Virus record (IMG/VR): IMGVR_UViG_3300010429_002123
DNA length: 64,000 nucleotides
From: a virus
Lineage: Duplodnaviria > Caudoviricetes
Direction: 5' to 3' (one strand)
The position numbers and the translations under genes were made by a program. Positions 20,278 through 28,807 of this stretch are shown here, piece by piece (position 1 is the first letter of the stretch; every line of letters starts with the position of its first letter). The notes under the pieces are model-generated. The model was not told the DNA's origin. It ran no database searches and was given only the letters and a program-made list of their open reading frames with translations.

Positions 20278-20850
20278 ATGAAAAGGCTGAACACAGAAAT
20301 AAGAAAACTGGAAAGAGAATGTGACTTCTTAGAGGGGCAGGTTGCCGAAGTTATGCAGTATTTATGGGAAGGTGGACCAGGTTCCGGGAGAAAACCGGGA
20401 GGACATGGCTATGGTCATGATTCAGCAGGAACACCTAAGTATGGTTTCCACAACCCGGAGCGTAATCTCCCAAACGCTCTTGCTATAGCTTCTAACCGGT
20501 TGGGCTACCTTGTCAACGGGGCTGACAAAGACTATGAAAAAGAAAAAACAGCCATAAAAACTGGTAAGTCCTCGGACTATTACAAAGGATTCGTGCATGG
20601 GGAGCACAAGGGAATGAGACAATTCACAAATGACCTGAAGGGTCTTGTTCAAGATTACGAGAAGAACGGAGATGAGAAGGGTTTAAGAGACAAAGCTCAC
20701 GCCCTTGCTAAAACCTATGATGACACTCCTGAGTTCTCTTCACCCGGAAAATCTGGCTTAGACGATTATAAAAATGAAAAAGGAAAAGGGTATAAAAGCC
20801 AGTTAAGAGCTCACAGTGATGAATTGAAAGGTATTTTAAAACGCTTTTAA
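20278..20850 (+). CDS. EGGPGSG-motif protein
   Basis: LERECDFLE...LWEGGPGSGRKPG; paralog of the 16242 C-terminal domain. Confidence 0.55.
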   Translation: MKRLNTEIRKLERECDFLEGQVAEVMQYLWEGGPGSGRKPGGHGYGHDSAGTPKYGFHNPERNLPNALAIASNRLGYLVNGADKDYEKEKTAIKTGKSSDYYKGFVHGEHKGMRQFTNDLKGLVQDYEKNGDEKGLRDKAHALAKTYDDTPEFSSPGKSGLDDYKNEKGKGYKSQLRAHSDELKGILKRF

Positions 20851-20862
20851 GTCCGTAAAACA

Positions 20863-20892
20863 AAAAGGGACTGGTTTTAACCAGTCCCTTTT
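20863..20892. terminator. Bidirectional terminator
   Basis: AAAAGGGACTGGTT-TT-AACCAGTCCCTTTT between convergent genes. Confidence 0.8.
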
Positions 20893-20901
20893 CATTTGAT
20901 T

Positions 20902-21171
20902 TTACCACCGGAAAGACTCAGCCGGGTCATATTCGAACACTTCATCAAACTGAGCCTTGTGACTCATTCCGTCTTCAAAGTCACAGTCCATATTTTCACA
21001 TATGTCGAGGATTTCTTCTATTGAAGAGTCAGTCATATCGTTACAGAGGATTTCTCTGATAATGTCTTCCTCGAAGTCCCAACCGTTTTCTTGGACGTGT
21101 TTTTCTGCCTGCTCGATTTCCTCGATGGTGAATGCATTCTTTATCATTTCATTTATAAATTCCTGTGTCAT
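20902..21171 (-). CDS. Small highly acidic protein (candidate DNA mimic)
   Basis: 27 D/E vs 5 K/R in 89 aa; AGGAGG RBS, own promoter and terminator. Confidence 0.6.
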   Translation of the reverse strand: MTQEFINEMIKNAFTIEEIEQAEKHVQENGWDFEEDIIREILCNDMTDSSIEEILDICENMDCDFEDGMSHKAQFDEVFEYDPAESFRW

Positions 21172-21229
21172 GTTGTTTTCCTCCTTTTATTGAGGTCTTT
21201 GGCCTGCCTGACCTCTTTCTCACATTCTT

Positions 21230-21283
21230 ATAATAGCATAACTTAATATACTTGTCAATACTTTTTGTAAAAATAAGTTAACT
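21230..21283 (-). promoter_or_regulatory. Conserved early promoter (minus strand)
   Basis: Reverse complement reads AGTTAACTTATTTTTACAAAAAGTA-TTGACA-17-TATTAT with extended TG. Confidence 0.8.
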
Positions 21284-21300
21284 ATTTTTTAGGGAAAAGA

Positions 21301-21354
21301 AGTTAGCTATTTTTTACAAAAAGGCTTGACAAGTAAAACATCTTGTGCTACACT
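21301..21354 (+). promoter_or_regulatory. Conserved early promoter
   Basis: TTTTTACAAAAAGGC-TTGACA-17-TACACT with TG. Confidence 0.8.
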
Positions 21355-21413
21355 TTACAGAGTGAAAGAACCGTGAAAAAGACTCCTGTCAGTAAAAGGA
21401 GAAAGTTTACCGA

Positions 21414-21468
21414 CACAAAAAGGAGTTTTGTTAGCACAAGAAGGATTTTTGTTAACACAAAAAGGAGG
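21414..21468 (+). repeat. 21-bp imperfect tandem repeat in 5' leader
   Basis: CACAAAAAGGAGTTTTGTTAG / CACAAGAAGGATTTTTGTTAA / CACAAAAAGGAGG. Confidence 0.6.
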
Positions 21469-21475
21469 AAGAGAA

Positions 21476-23293
21476 ATGGTAGCAACTATAAAAGAAAACA
21501 TGCCTGCAACCCTCAGAAAGATTAGAAAAGGACTGGTATTTGACCCGGACAGTGTCTGGAAAGAACTCTTTCAAAACGCCTTCAGGGCTCTTGCAAAAAC
21601 TATAGAGATAGACCTCGAGGCTGATTCTATAACAATGATAGATGACGGTGTAGGTTTGGATAACCCTGAAGTTCTTTTTGAAAAGTCCACTTCAGGGTGG
21701 ACAACTGACGTGTGTAATCCCTACGGAGAAGGTCTCTTTGCTGTGTTTTCAGTAGCAGAGGAGATAGTTATACAGTCTAAAGACTGGTTTGTTCACATAG
21801 ACGTAGAGGAGATTCTCCTGGACGAAAGTCTGAGATACAGTATAGAAAAATCAGAAGAGTTCATAAACGGGTTTAAAATAACTCTTCGAGGAGAAGAAAT
21901 ACGAAAAAACTGGACTTCTATTTATACAGAGGTAGAGACACTGGGTGCCGTGTGTAAGCAGGAGGTATTCTTAAATAAACTTCCCATAGCAAAAAAAGAC
22001 CTGTTTGCTCTTCCTAAAGCAGACTTTGTTTACAAAGTAGAAAACTCTTCTTTTCGAGGAAACCTTGCTCCAGAAAGAGGCTGGGAAGATATACACGTTT
22101 ATTTTGAAAACCGATTTGTCTGTGAATGCTGGGTTGGAGGTCTTTCTGGAGTGATAGAACTTGTCAACGGAAATGTCGTAGACTTAAAAGCCCCAGACAG
22201 AAAGGCCATTATTCAAAATGATAAATACTGGACATTCATGGACCTTTTAAAAGAAGAAAAAGAAAAAATGTACAGGGCTTTTGTCGTAGCCAGACCGGAC
22301 TTGTTACATTTATACTCAGAAAAGATAGCTACTACCCTCAAGGTAAAAGATTATGTAAGGCATTTGACTTTTGAGGAGGAAGTTTTTAATACCAAAAAAC
22401 TCTTAACGGGTATAGAAGACCTTTTTCAACAAATGACTGACCTTACCTCTGAACAGGTAGAAAGAAGAGTAGAAAAAGCTAAAGTCGAGAAGATGGAGAC
22501 AATAGAAGAGCCCCAAAAACTTCTGGATAACTGCTATTCTGAAAACAGAGAAGAAGAAGACTACTCTCACGTAGTGCCTCTCGTGGTGTCCGAAGAAGAG
22601 AGAAAGGAAAAAGAAATTGAAAAGAAAAAGATGGAAAAAAGAAAAAGTGCGACAGTATTAAAGAGAATAAAAAAGAACCCGCAAAAAAAGATATTTGTAA
22701 AGGCTTCCGAAGCCACAGAGTATAAGGCTATGATAGCTGAATTAGAGTATTACGGGTATACAGTGTTAGTAGCCCAAAATGAACTTTATGCCTGTGCCTT
22801 TGAGGAGTTTGGTATAACTAGCATAAAATCTGTTGGGAAAGAAATAGAAAAAGCCAATAAAGTAACCGACGTAGCTGTAAAAAACCATAAGGAAAGAAGA
22901 ATTATCTATCTCTTGTCTTTTATTGAAGATTATTATAAAATAGGAGATGTATTCAGGATAGGTAAACTTGAACTTGAAATAAGAACGACTATCCTGGGAA
23001 AAACCAATATAGAAAAACAAAAAGTGCTGGGTCTGTGCGATAAAGGTAAAATTTATCTGGACAGAACTGGATTAGAGTATATAGAAAGAACCGATGGTTC
23101 GACTTATGGTTACAGAAACGTTGAGTATGTAGGACTTTCTTTAGATGACTGGAAATACATACCTTTTTTACTCCAGACAGTATCCCATGAACTGGCACAC
23201 TTACTGAAGAACACTAAGGATAATACAGTTGAGCATTTTAAAGCGGAAAACCAGATAAGAGAAGAGTTATTAAGAATGTTTAAAAGGAGGTAG
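21476..23293 (+). CDS. GHKL (HATPase_c) ATPase with C-terminal HExxH motif
   Basis: KELFQNA, IDDGVG and YGEGLFAVF GHKL motifs; C-terminal SHELAH...H; AGGAGG RBS before ATG 21476. Confidence 0.75.
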   Translation: MVATIKENMPATLRKIRKGLVFDPDSVWKELFQNAFRALAKTIEIDLEADSITMIDDGVGLDNPEVLFEKSTSGWTTDVCNPYGEGLFAVFSVAEEIVIQSKDWFVHIDVEEILLDESLRYSIEKSEEFINGFKITLRGEEIRKNWTSIYTEVETLGAVCKQEVFLNKLPIAKKDLFALPKADFVYKVENSSFRGNLAPERGWEDIHVYFENRFVCECWVGGLSGVIELVNGNVVDLKAPDRKAIIQNDKYWTFMDLLKEEKEKMYRAFVVARPDLLHLYSEKIATTLKVKDYVRHLTFEEEVFNTKKLLTGIEDLFQQMTDLTSEQVERRVEKAKVEKMETIEEPQKLLDNCYSENREEEDYSHVVPLVVSEEERKEKEIEKKKMEKRKSATVLKRIKKNPQKKIFVKASEATEYKAMIAELEYYGYTVLVAQNELYACAFEEFGITSIKSVGKEIEKANKVTDVAVKNHKERRIIYLLSFIEDYYKIGDVFRIGKLELEIRTTILGKTNIEKQKVLGLCDKGKIYLDRTGLEYIERTDGSTYGYRNVEYVGLSLDDWKYIPFLLQTVSHELAHLLKNTKDNTVEHFKAENQIREELLRMFKRR

Positions 23294-23298
23294 CTCGA

Positions 23299-23739
23299 AT
23301 GCTGGGAAAGTTTAAGAAAAAGATATATGACGCCAGAATACGTTTCGGAGACGAAAGTTACTTCATCATAGATACGTTAAAGGAACCTATAAATATAGAG
23401 GGTATTTTTCCTCAGACGGGTGAGAAACTGGGAACTTATCTAATAAGGCTAAAAGAGGTTTCGAACGCTTTGGAACTCAGACTGGCTCGCAAAATATCGA
23501 GTGCGGAACCTTTTATGATAGCTTCTGAAGAGTTCTCTTCTCTTTTAAATTACAGAGTTTTCACCAGACTGATGATAAGAGCTAAAGACATGACCTCCTT
23601 AAGGTGTGCAAATGACTTGACTTTTCATGGTATTTCGAAAAGTCATTTCAAATTAAGGGACACTTACTTTAAAATAGGTTTAGAAGTAGAAATAGTAGGA
23701 AGAGCCCCGGATGAAAAAGATGTATGTGTTTACTTTTAA
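23299..23739 (+). CDS. Hypothetical protein
   Basis: AGGAGG RBS, in operon. Confidence 0.5.
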   Translation: MLGKFKKKIYDARIRFGDESYFIIDTLKEPINIEGIFPQTGEKLGTYLIRLKEVSNALELRLARKISSAEPFMIASEEFSSLLNYRVFTRLMIRAKDMTSLRCANDLTFHGISKSHFKLRDTYFKIGLEVEIVGRAPDEKDVCVYF

Positions 23740-23770
23740 GTAGAAAAATTAGAGAGGAGAAAGAGCCGAT

Positions 23771-24076
23771 ATGAACAGTCCGTATAACGAAGAAGGTTAC
23801 CAGAAGCAGTTCTTAAAAGCCTGTGAAAGATTACCGAAACAGATTCCTTTTCTTCATGAAGAGAGAGAAGGAGGTTATTTCTACTTAGCGTTCTTACTTC
23901 CCTTTTTCCCGCAGCCTTTGGAGGAGACCCGCATGCAGTTAATAAGAGAGCTGGCACAAATGATGCAGGAACTGGAAGAAAAGGACGAAATAGACCTTGA
24001 GGAGTTGGAGGTGCTGAAGGGAATAAAAACTCCTATTGCTTCGGAAGGGTATTCTGTGGCTTTTTCTATGAGTTAG
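23771..24076 (+). CDS. Hypothetical protein
   Basis: ORF in operon with RBS. Confidence 0.45.
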   Translation: MNSPYNEEGYQKQFLKACERLPKQIPFLHEEREGGYFYLAFLLPFFPQPLEETRMQLIRELAQMMQELEEKDEIDLEELEVLKGIKTPIASEGYSVAFSMS

Positions 24077-24123
24077 AGTCTTTTTAGAACTAAAAATTTT
24101 TGTTAATGAAAAGGAGAAAACTT

Positions 24124-24426
24124 ATGAAGTGCTTAAGTCTTTACTCGGAATACATAGAGGAGATACTTTCCGGTGAAAAAACGGAGGAATATCGCAGTTG
24201 GAAAATATCCTGCCCACAGGACATATTGTTGGTAGGTAGCAAGTCCCCCCGTGGGAAATACTCCGGGTTAGGTGCCTGTATTGTGCACGTATCAAGGATA
24301 GAAGGACAAAAACCTAATTACGATTGGATTTTGGAAAACGTACGACCTGTGGAGCCTTTTCCAGTAAAGGGAAAGCTCGGCCTGTATGAAATACCCGATA
24401 ATCTTATTCGTCTATTAAAAGACTAG
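24124..24426 (+). CDS. ASCH (PUA-like) domain protein
   Basis: MKCLSL...I.SGEKTEEYRSW...W.LENVRP..PFPVKGKLGLYE signature. Confidence 0.85.
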   Translation: MKCLSLYSEYIEEILSGEKTEEYRSWKISCPQDILLVGSKSPRGKYSGLGACIVHVSRIEGQKPNYDWILENVRPVEPFPVKGKLGLYEIPDNLIRLLKD

Positions 24427-24525
24427 TTTACACAGAAAGCGAAATATGATAAAATAAAGGAAACTGACCCGATAGACTACCTATAAGGTGGTCTTTCCTA
24501 TTTTAAAAAGAAAGGAATTGATAGA

Positions 24526-24960
24526 ATGGCTGAACTTAAGTATACTACGAAGAAAACCCCTGAGCAGTTAGAAAAAGAACAAAAAGTATTTGCGAAAAAG
24601 TATCCGTATGGGGAAATTTTAAAAGACTATCACAGACTCCAGAGGTCACTGAAGCCGAGCGAAAGAGATTACTTAAAAGACACAAGAGATGCCCTGAAAC
24701 CTCTCGCCTCTTCAAATAACAGGGAGGAAGTAGCCTCCGCTCTCGCCGCAACCACAGGGGCTGCAGCCTGGCTGAAAAGACGCATGGACGAAGCCGATGG
24801 AAAAACCGTTACCCCCGCTTCATGGGACAGGGTGGCCGAAGAAACAGAAAAGCTGACAAAATCTCTGCTGGCCGGAAACCGAGACATAGAAAGTATGAGA
24901 GACGAACTCAAGTGGAGACTGAAAACAGCATGGCATAAAGGTGGACTCGTAGGGAGCTAA
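24526..24960 (+). CDS. Small protein with Gly-rich C-terminus (…GGLVGS)
   Basis: ORF with RBS; first of a five-gene cluster. Confidence 0.55.
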   Translation: MAELKYTTKKTPEQLEKEQKVFAKKYPYGEILKDYHRLQRSLKPSERDYLKDTRDALKPLASSNNREEVASALAATTGAAAWLKRRMDEADGKTVTPASWDRVAEETEKLTKSLLAGNRDIESMRDELKWRLKTAWHKGGLVGS

Positions 24961-25008
24961 ATCACATCATATTCAAATATTAAAATTAAAAGAAAGGCGG
25001 GAAAAAAC

Positions 25009-25338
25009 ATGGCAGATACAGCGACAGCTCCAGTTAATGCTACAATCAGAAACCCAAAAGGTCTGAATCCTTCGGACGTAAGGGACATGAACAAGTACAC
25101 CAAGTATTATAACAAAAAGCAGAAACTCATCGGTAAACTCGCAAGAGAAAATGCTCTTATGCAGGTAGAAAAAAGCCCCTCAAAGAAGCCGAAGATGGCT
25201 GCCTCCGAAAGAGCCAGACTTTTCAAAAAAGATATGTGGGGACAAAGTCTAAGAACCCTTGAAAATTACGCAAAATTACCACCCGCAGAACGGGCAAGAA
25301 CACCTTTTAAAGACGTTGCGGCAGTAGGAGGGGGTTAA
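25009..25338 (+). CDS. Small basic protein ending …AVGGG
   Basis: Lys-rich; C-terminal GG. Confidence 0.55.
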   Translation: MADTATAPVNATIRNPKGLNPSDVRDMNKYTKYYNKKQKLIGKLARENALMQVEKSPSKKPKMAASERARLFKKDMWGQSLRTLENYAKLPPAERARTPFKDVAAVGGG

Positions 25339-25342
25339 GTAA

Positions 25343-25699
25343 ATGGCGAAATCAGTGGGAGATATACTCAGAAAGTTAGTTTCAGACAGGGCTAAAACTC
25401 TGGACAAAACTTACGATAAAAAATACCCGAACGCAAATAACCAGTCAAAACAGGACAGAACACAGAGAAATATAGATATACTAAAATCTATCTCAAACGC
25501 AAGAAGAGCAGGAAAAGAACTAACCCCCAAAGACCTCGCTTACATGGTCTGGGACGCTTCGGCCAAAAAGGGAACCGGTTGGCACGGAGCTGACGGGCGA
25601 CCTATGACAGCAGATAAGATTGAAAACCTTATAGCAAGTGACATGGCAAAGGCTGGTTTACGCTCGCCCGATTCCGCCAGTGGTGGAACCGGGGGTTAA
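25343..25699 (+). CDS. Small basic protein ending …SGGTGG
   Basis: C-terminal GG. Confidence 0.55.
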   Translation: MAKSVGDILRKLVSDRAKTLDKTYDKKYPNANNQSKQDRTQRNIDILKSISNARRAGKELTPKDLAYMVWDASAKKGTGWHGADGRPMTADKIENLIASDMAKAGLRSPDSASGGTGG

Positions 25700-25720
25700 G
25701 CAACAAAGGAGGGACATGCA

Positions 25721-26161
25721 GTGGCCACGTATATAGGTTCAAAAATGCCCAAAGGAAGGGCTACTCTCTCTAACAAAGACATCTTAAAAGCCGTGCAGAA
25801 TATGATAAAAGAGAAAGATAGACAAGATGTGAGAAGGTGGGGAGAACCTGACGAGCAGGACAAAAAATGGAACAAAGAAAGAGATAAAAACATAAAGGAC
25901 GCCTTAGGTAAACTCTCCGGTAAGGTCTCTGCTGAAGACGCCTTGAAACGGCTTGGGGGACTCAAAAAACAAGAAGTTTCTCCCTCACTGTTTAAAGATG
26001 ATTACCTTTATAAGGGCTCTCCTTATTTCGATAAAGATGAGTTAGGATACTTAAAAGACGAGATAAGAAAAGTAGAGACAAGGAAGACTCTTGACTATCA
26101 GAAAAAAAGGGAAAGAGCAATGACCCCGGATATGTTTGGAAAAAGCGGGTCAGGAGGCTAA
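25721..26161 (+). CDS. Small basic protein ending …SGSGG
   Basis: Paralog of 26256 (KTLDYQK.RERAMTPDMF). Confidence 0.6.
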   Translation: MATYIGSKMPKGRATLSNKDILKAVQNMIKEKDRQDVRRWGEPDEQDKKWNKERDKNIKDALGKLSGKVSAEDALKRLGGLKKQEVSPSLFKDDYLYKGSPYFDKDELGYLKDEIRKVETRKTLDYQKKRERAMTPDMFGKSGSGG

Positions 26162-26255
26162 TAGTAGACCATAGGAATCTTTTTTTAGATATGGATTCAA
26201 TCTTAAACAACAGAACTTCTGCCCCGACAGGGACAGGAGGTATAGGAGGTTAAAA

Positions 26256-26669
26256 ATGCCCACATATTATGGAGGAAAAACTCCCAACAAACGAGTAGCT
26301 TTAAACAAAAATGAAATAATGAAAGCTGTTAAGGCTGTTTTAAAAAAAGAATATGACGACGAGGATAGATATTCTTCCCCGGACAAAGAAACTTTAAATG
26401 ACCGTAAGGAAAGAGAAAAAGGTCTAAGAAAGAAAATGGATTCTCTTTCTAAAAATCCCTCCGTTGAAGAGATTACCTCTGCTCTCTCCAACGTAAAAAT
26501 GAAAGATATAGTCGGAAGAGGTGAATCTGCCTTTTTTACAAAGGGGGAGTTAAAAGACGTTGAGAAAAAAATAGGACAAGCAGAAGTTAAAAAAACTCTT
26601 GATTACCAGAAAGCAAGGGAAAGGGCGATGACTCCTGACATGTTTGCTGTGGGTGGGTCAGGAGGATAA
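26256..26669 (+). CDS. Small basic protein ending …GGSGG
   Basis: Paralog of 25721; AGGAGG RBS. Confidence 0.6.
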   Translation: MPTYYGGKTPNKRVALNKNEIMKAVKAVLKKEYDDEDRYSSPDKETLNDRKEREKGLRKKMDSLSKNPSVEEITSALSNVKMKDIVGRGESAFFTKGELKDVEKKIGQAEVKKTLDYQKARERAMTPDMFAVGGSGG

Positions 26670-26671
26670 GT

Positions 26672-27448
26672 ATGATAAATTTATGTAGACTATCTGAACA
26701 GGTAGAGATACTTGAAGAGATGGTAAGTATTTTAGAAGGGGGTCCTCCGAAAGACGGAGGACCCGGCAGTGGGAACTATGAAAGGCGCAAGCAGTATGAC
26801 CCGGAAACTCAGGAAATGGTTGATTTTTTAGGCAAGGTTGTGGGGGGAGCACTTGACTCCTCTCTTAACCCCCGTGACTTCGCTCACACGAAACATTATG
26901 TACCTCCTGCCCTGAAAGCTCACCGACTGGAGGCTCTTGATTTCGCAATGGCGTTCTGGCAAATGCAAAAAGAAGACAAGCCAAGTATAGATAACTTTTA
27001 TGCCAATGCTAAAAAGAACACAGAAAAATTCACAAAAGACAACATGTCTCAAGATGACCTGCTCGACCGTCTTGCAAACGCTAAAAAATTCATAGTCGGA
27101 GAGAAGTTTACTGCCCGACAGGAAGACACACCCGAACAAAAAGAGCTTCGAAAGATTGACCGCCTGCTGGCGAGCAAAGACCCTATTCCTTACTCGATAG
27201 CTCTCGGACGGCTTAGCAAAGAAGGGGGAACACGCCTAAGAGACACTGGAGACCCCAAGAAGGAGCAACATCTCGACTTAAAAGCTATTGACGCTATCAC
27301 TGCAGAAAAGAATTATAATCTGAGAAACTTCCCTCACAGAAAAGACCCTTCTCCCTACTACAATGGCCTTACCAAACAGTTAGTTACCAGGGTAAAAGAA
27401 AGAGCAGAGAAACACGGAATTTCAGTTAAAAAAGCAGATTATGAATAG
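26672..27448 (+). CDS. EGGP…GGPGSG-motif protein
   Basis: LSEQVEILEE...LEGGPPKDGGPGSGNYER. Confidence 0.55.
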   Translation: MINLCRLSEQVEILEEMVSILEGGPPKDGGPGSGNYERRKQYDPETQEMVDFLGKVVGGALDSSLNPRDFAHTKHYVPPALKAHRLEALDFAMAFWQMQKEDKPSIDNFYANAKKNTEKFTKDNMSQDDLLDRLANAKKFIVGEKFTARQEDTPEQKELRKIDRLLASKDPIPYSIALGRLSKEGGTRLRDTGDPKKEQHLDLKAIDAITAEKNYNLRNFPHRKDPSPYYNGLTKQLVTRVKERAEKHGISVKKADYE

Positions 27449-27473
27449 ACTCTAAACAGACAAGGAAAACTTT

Positions 27474-28241
27474 ATGACAAAATTGCAAAAAGCTAAAGAC
27501 CTTCTAAAAAGCATCGAGAGCACGGAGGTTCTCGTTGCTTTCTCCGGTGGAAAGGACTCCATCGTAACTCTCGACCTGTGCTGTGAAATGTTCGAGCGGG
27601 TCGAAGCGTTTTACATGTATATAGTTAAAGATTTAAACTTTGTTAATTCCTTTCTCGACCCTCTGGCAGAAAAGTATGAGATTAAACTCCACAGAGTTCC
27701 TCACTATATTCTGTGTCAGGCTTACAAGCTGGGACTCTACACAATAAATTACTCTTTTCAGGAATCTGAACTGAGGCTCAGTGACGTAGAGACTTACATA
27801 AAGGCCAAAACCGGGATAGAATGGATTGCCAACGGGGCAAGAAAAGCGGACAGCATCGAAAGACTCGCTATGCTTTCAAACAATGGGGGGATTGACCGAA
27901 ACACTCACAAGGTATATCCCATAGCTGAGTGGAAAGCTGAAGATGTCCGCAGTTACCTGAGGTTAAGAAACCTTCCTTTGCCGGAAAATCAGGGGAAGAA
28001 AATGTCCGGGGTTGACCTCTGCCCGGAAACTCTCTGCTGGATTCAGGAAAACCACCCTTCAGACTTTGAAAAAATCAAAAACATCTTTCCTTTCGTGGAA
28101 GCTCCTGTGAAACGAAAAGAGTTTTTGCTAAAGCGGGGGGAGAGTGTCCCAGTCCCAGTTGACCCCCCGGCTAAGAAGAAGCGGGGGAAGAAGAGTCTTG
28201 ACAAGACCAACACCCGCGTTGAGGATAAGACTCTGGCATAA
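27474..28241 (+). CDS. PAPS reductase-like PP-loop adenine nucleotide hydrolase
   Basis: VAFSGGKDS PP-loop, G.RKADS..R, YPIAEW...DV..YL. Confidence 0.8.
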   Translation: MTKLQKAKDLLKSIESTEVLVAFSGGKDSIVTLDLCCEMFERVEAFYMYIVKDLNFVNSFLDPLAEKYEIKLHRVPHYILCQAYKLGLYTINYSFQESELRLSDVETYIKAKTGIEWIANGARKADSIERLAMLSNNGGIDRNTHKVYPIAEWKAEDVRSYLRLRNLPLPENQGKKMSGVDLCPETLCWIQENHPSDFEKIKNIFPFVEAPVKRKEFLLKRGESVPVPVDPPAKKKRGKKSLDKTNTRVEDKTLA

Positions 28242-28595
28242 ACTGCAGGGAAGAGCGTTTGCTATCTTCTCCCTCTTTTCCAAGTCATACCCCGCTATAT
28301 AAAGAACAGCTCCTATTGTCTCTTTTCTTCCCGCGTGAAGCAAGGCATTTGCCTCAGCATGGCAGGAACCACACAAATCATATCTTTCTCCGGGGGGTAT
28401 GTTTCTTTTTTGCCTCTCACAGTAACCCAGGTCGATGCAGTTAGTCTCTCCTCTGGGTCTCCCGTTATAACCTGTGCTTATTATGTTATCATCTTTTACT
28501 ATTATGGCTCCGTATTTTCTCCGAAGACACGTCGAACGTTCATAGACGGCCTCCGTTATATTAAAATAGTATTCATCTTTCGTTAGTCTTCTCAT
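28128..28595 (-). CDS. dCMP deaminase (ComEB-like)
   Basis: RSTCLRRKYGA, TGYNG, HAEANA, PCSLC. Confidence 0.9.
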   Translation of the reverse strand: MRRLTKDEYYFNITEAVYERSTCLRRKYGAIIVKDDNIISTGYNGRPRGETNCIDLGYCERQKRNIPPGERYDLCGSCHAEANALLHAGRKETIGAVLYIAGYDLEKREKIANALPCSLCQSLILNAGVGLVKTLLPPLLLSRGVNWDWDTLPPL

Positions 28596-28628
28596 TAAGT
28601 TCCCTCTACTTTAAAAATCATTTTAAAA

Positions 28629-28657
28629 AGTTTAGCATGGCCTTTCGAACTTGTCAA
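28629..28657 (-). promoter_or_regulatory. Promoter for dCMP deaminase
   Basis: Reverse complement TTGACA-17-TAAACT with extended TG. Confidence 0.6.
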
Positions 28658-28690
28658 CTCTTTCCCTTGCTGTGGAAGGTTCGGAAAGAA

Positions 28691-28745
28691 AGTTAACTTA
28701 TTTTTACAAAAAGTATTGACAAGTAATATGGGACTATGCTATTAT
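28691..28745 (+). promoter_or_regulatory. Conserved early promoter
   Basis: AGTTAACTTATTTTTACAAAAAGTA-TTGACA-18-TATTAT. Confidence 0.8.
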
Positions 28746-28807
28746 ATATTTAGTGAAAGAACGAAGAAAATAAACAGGCCGGTAACCCGGCAGAAGGAGA
28801 GACAAAA

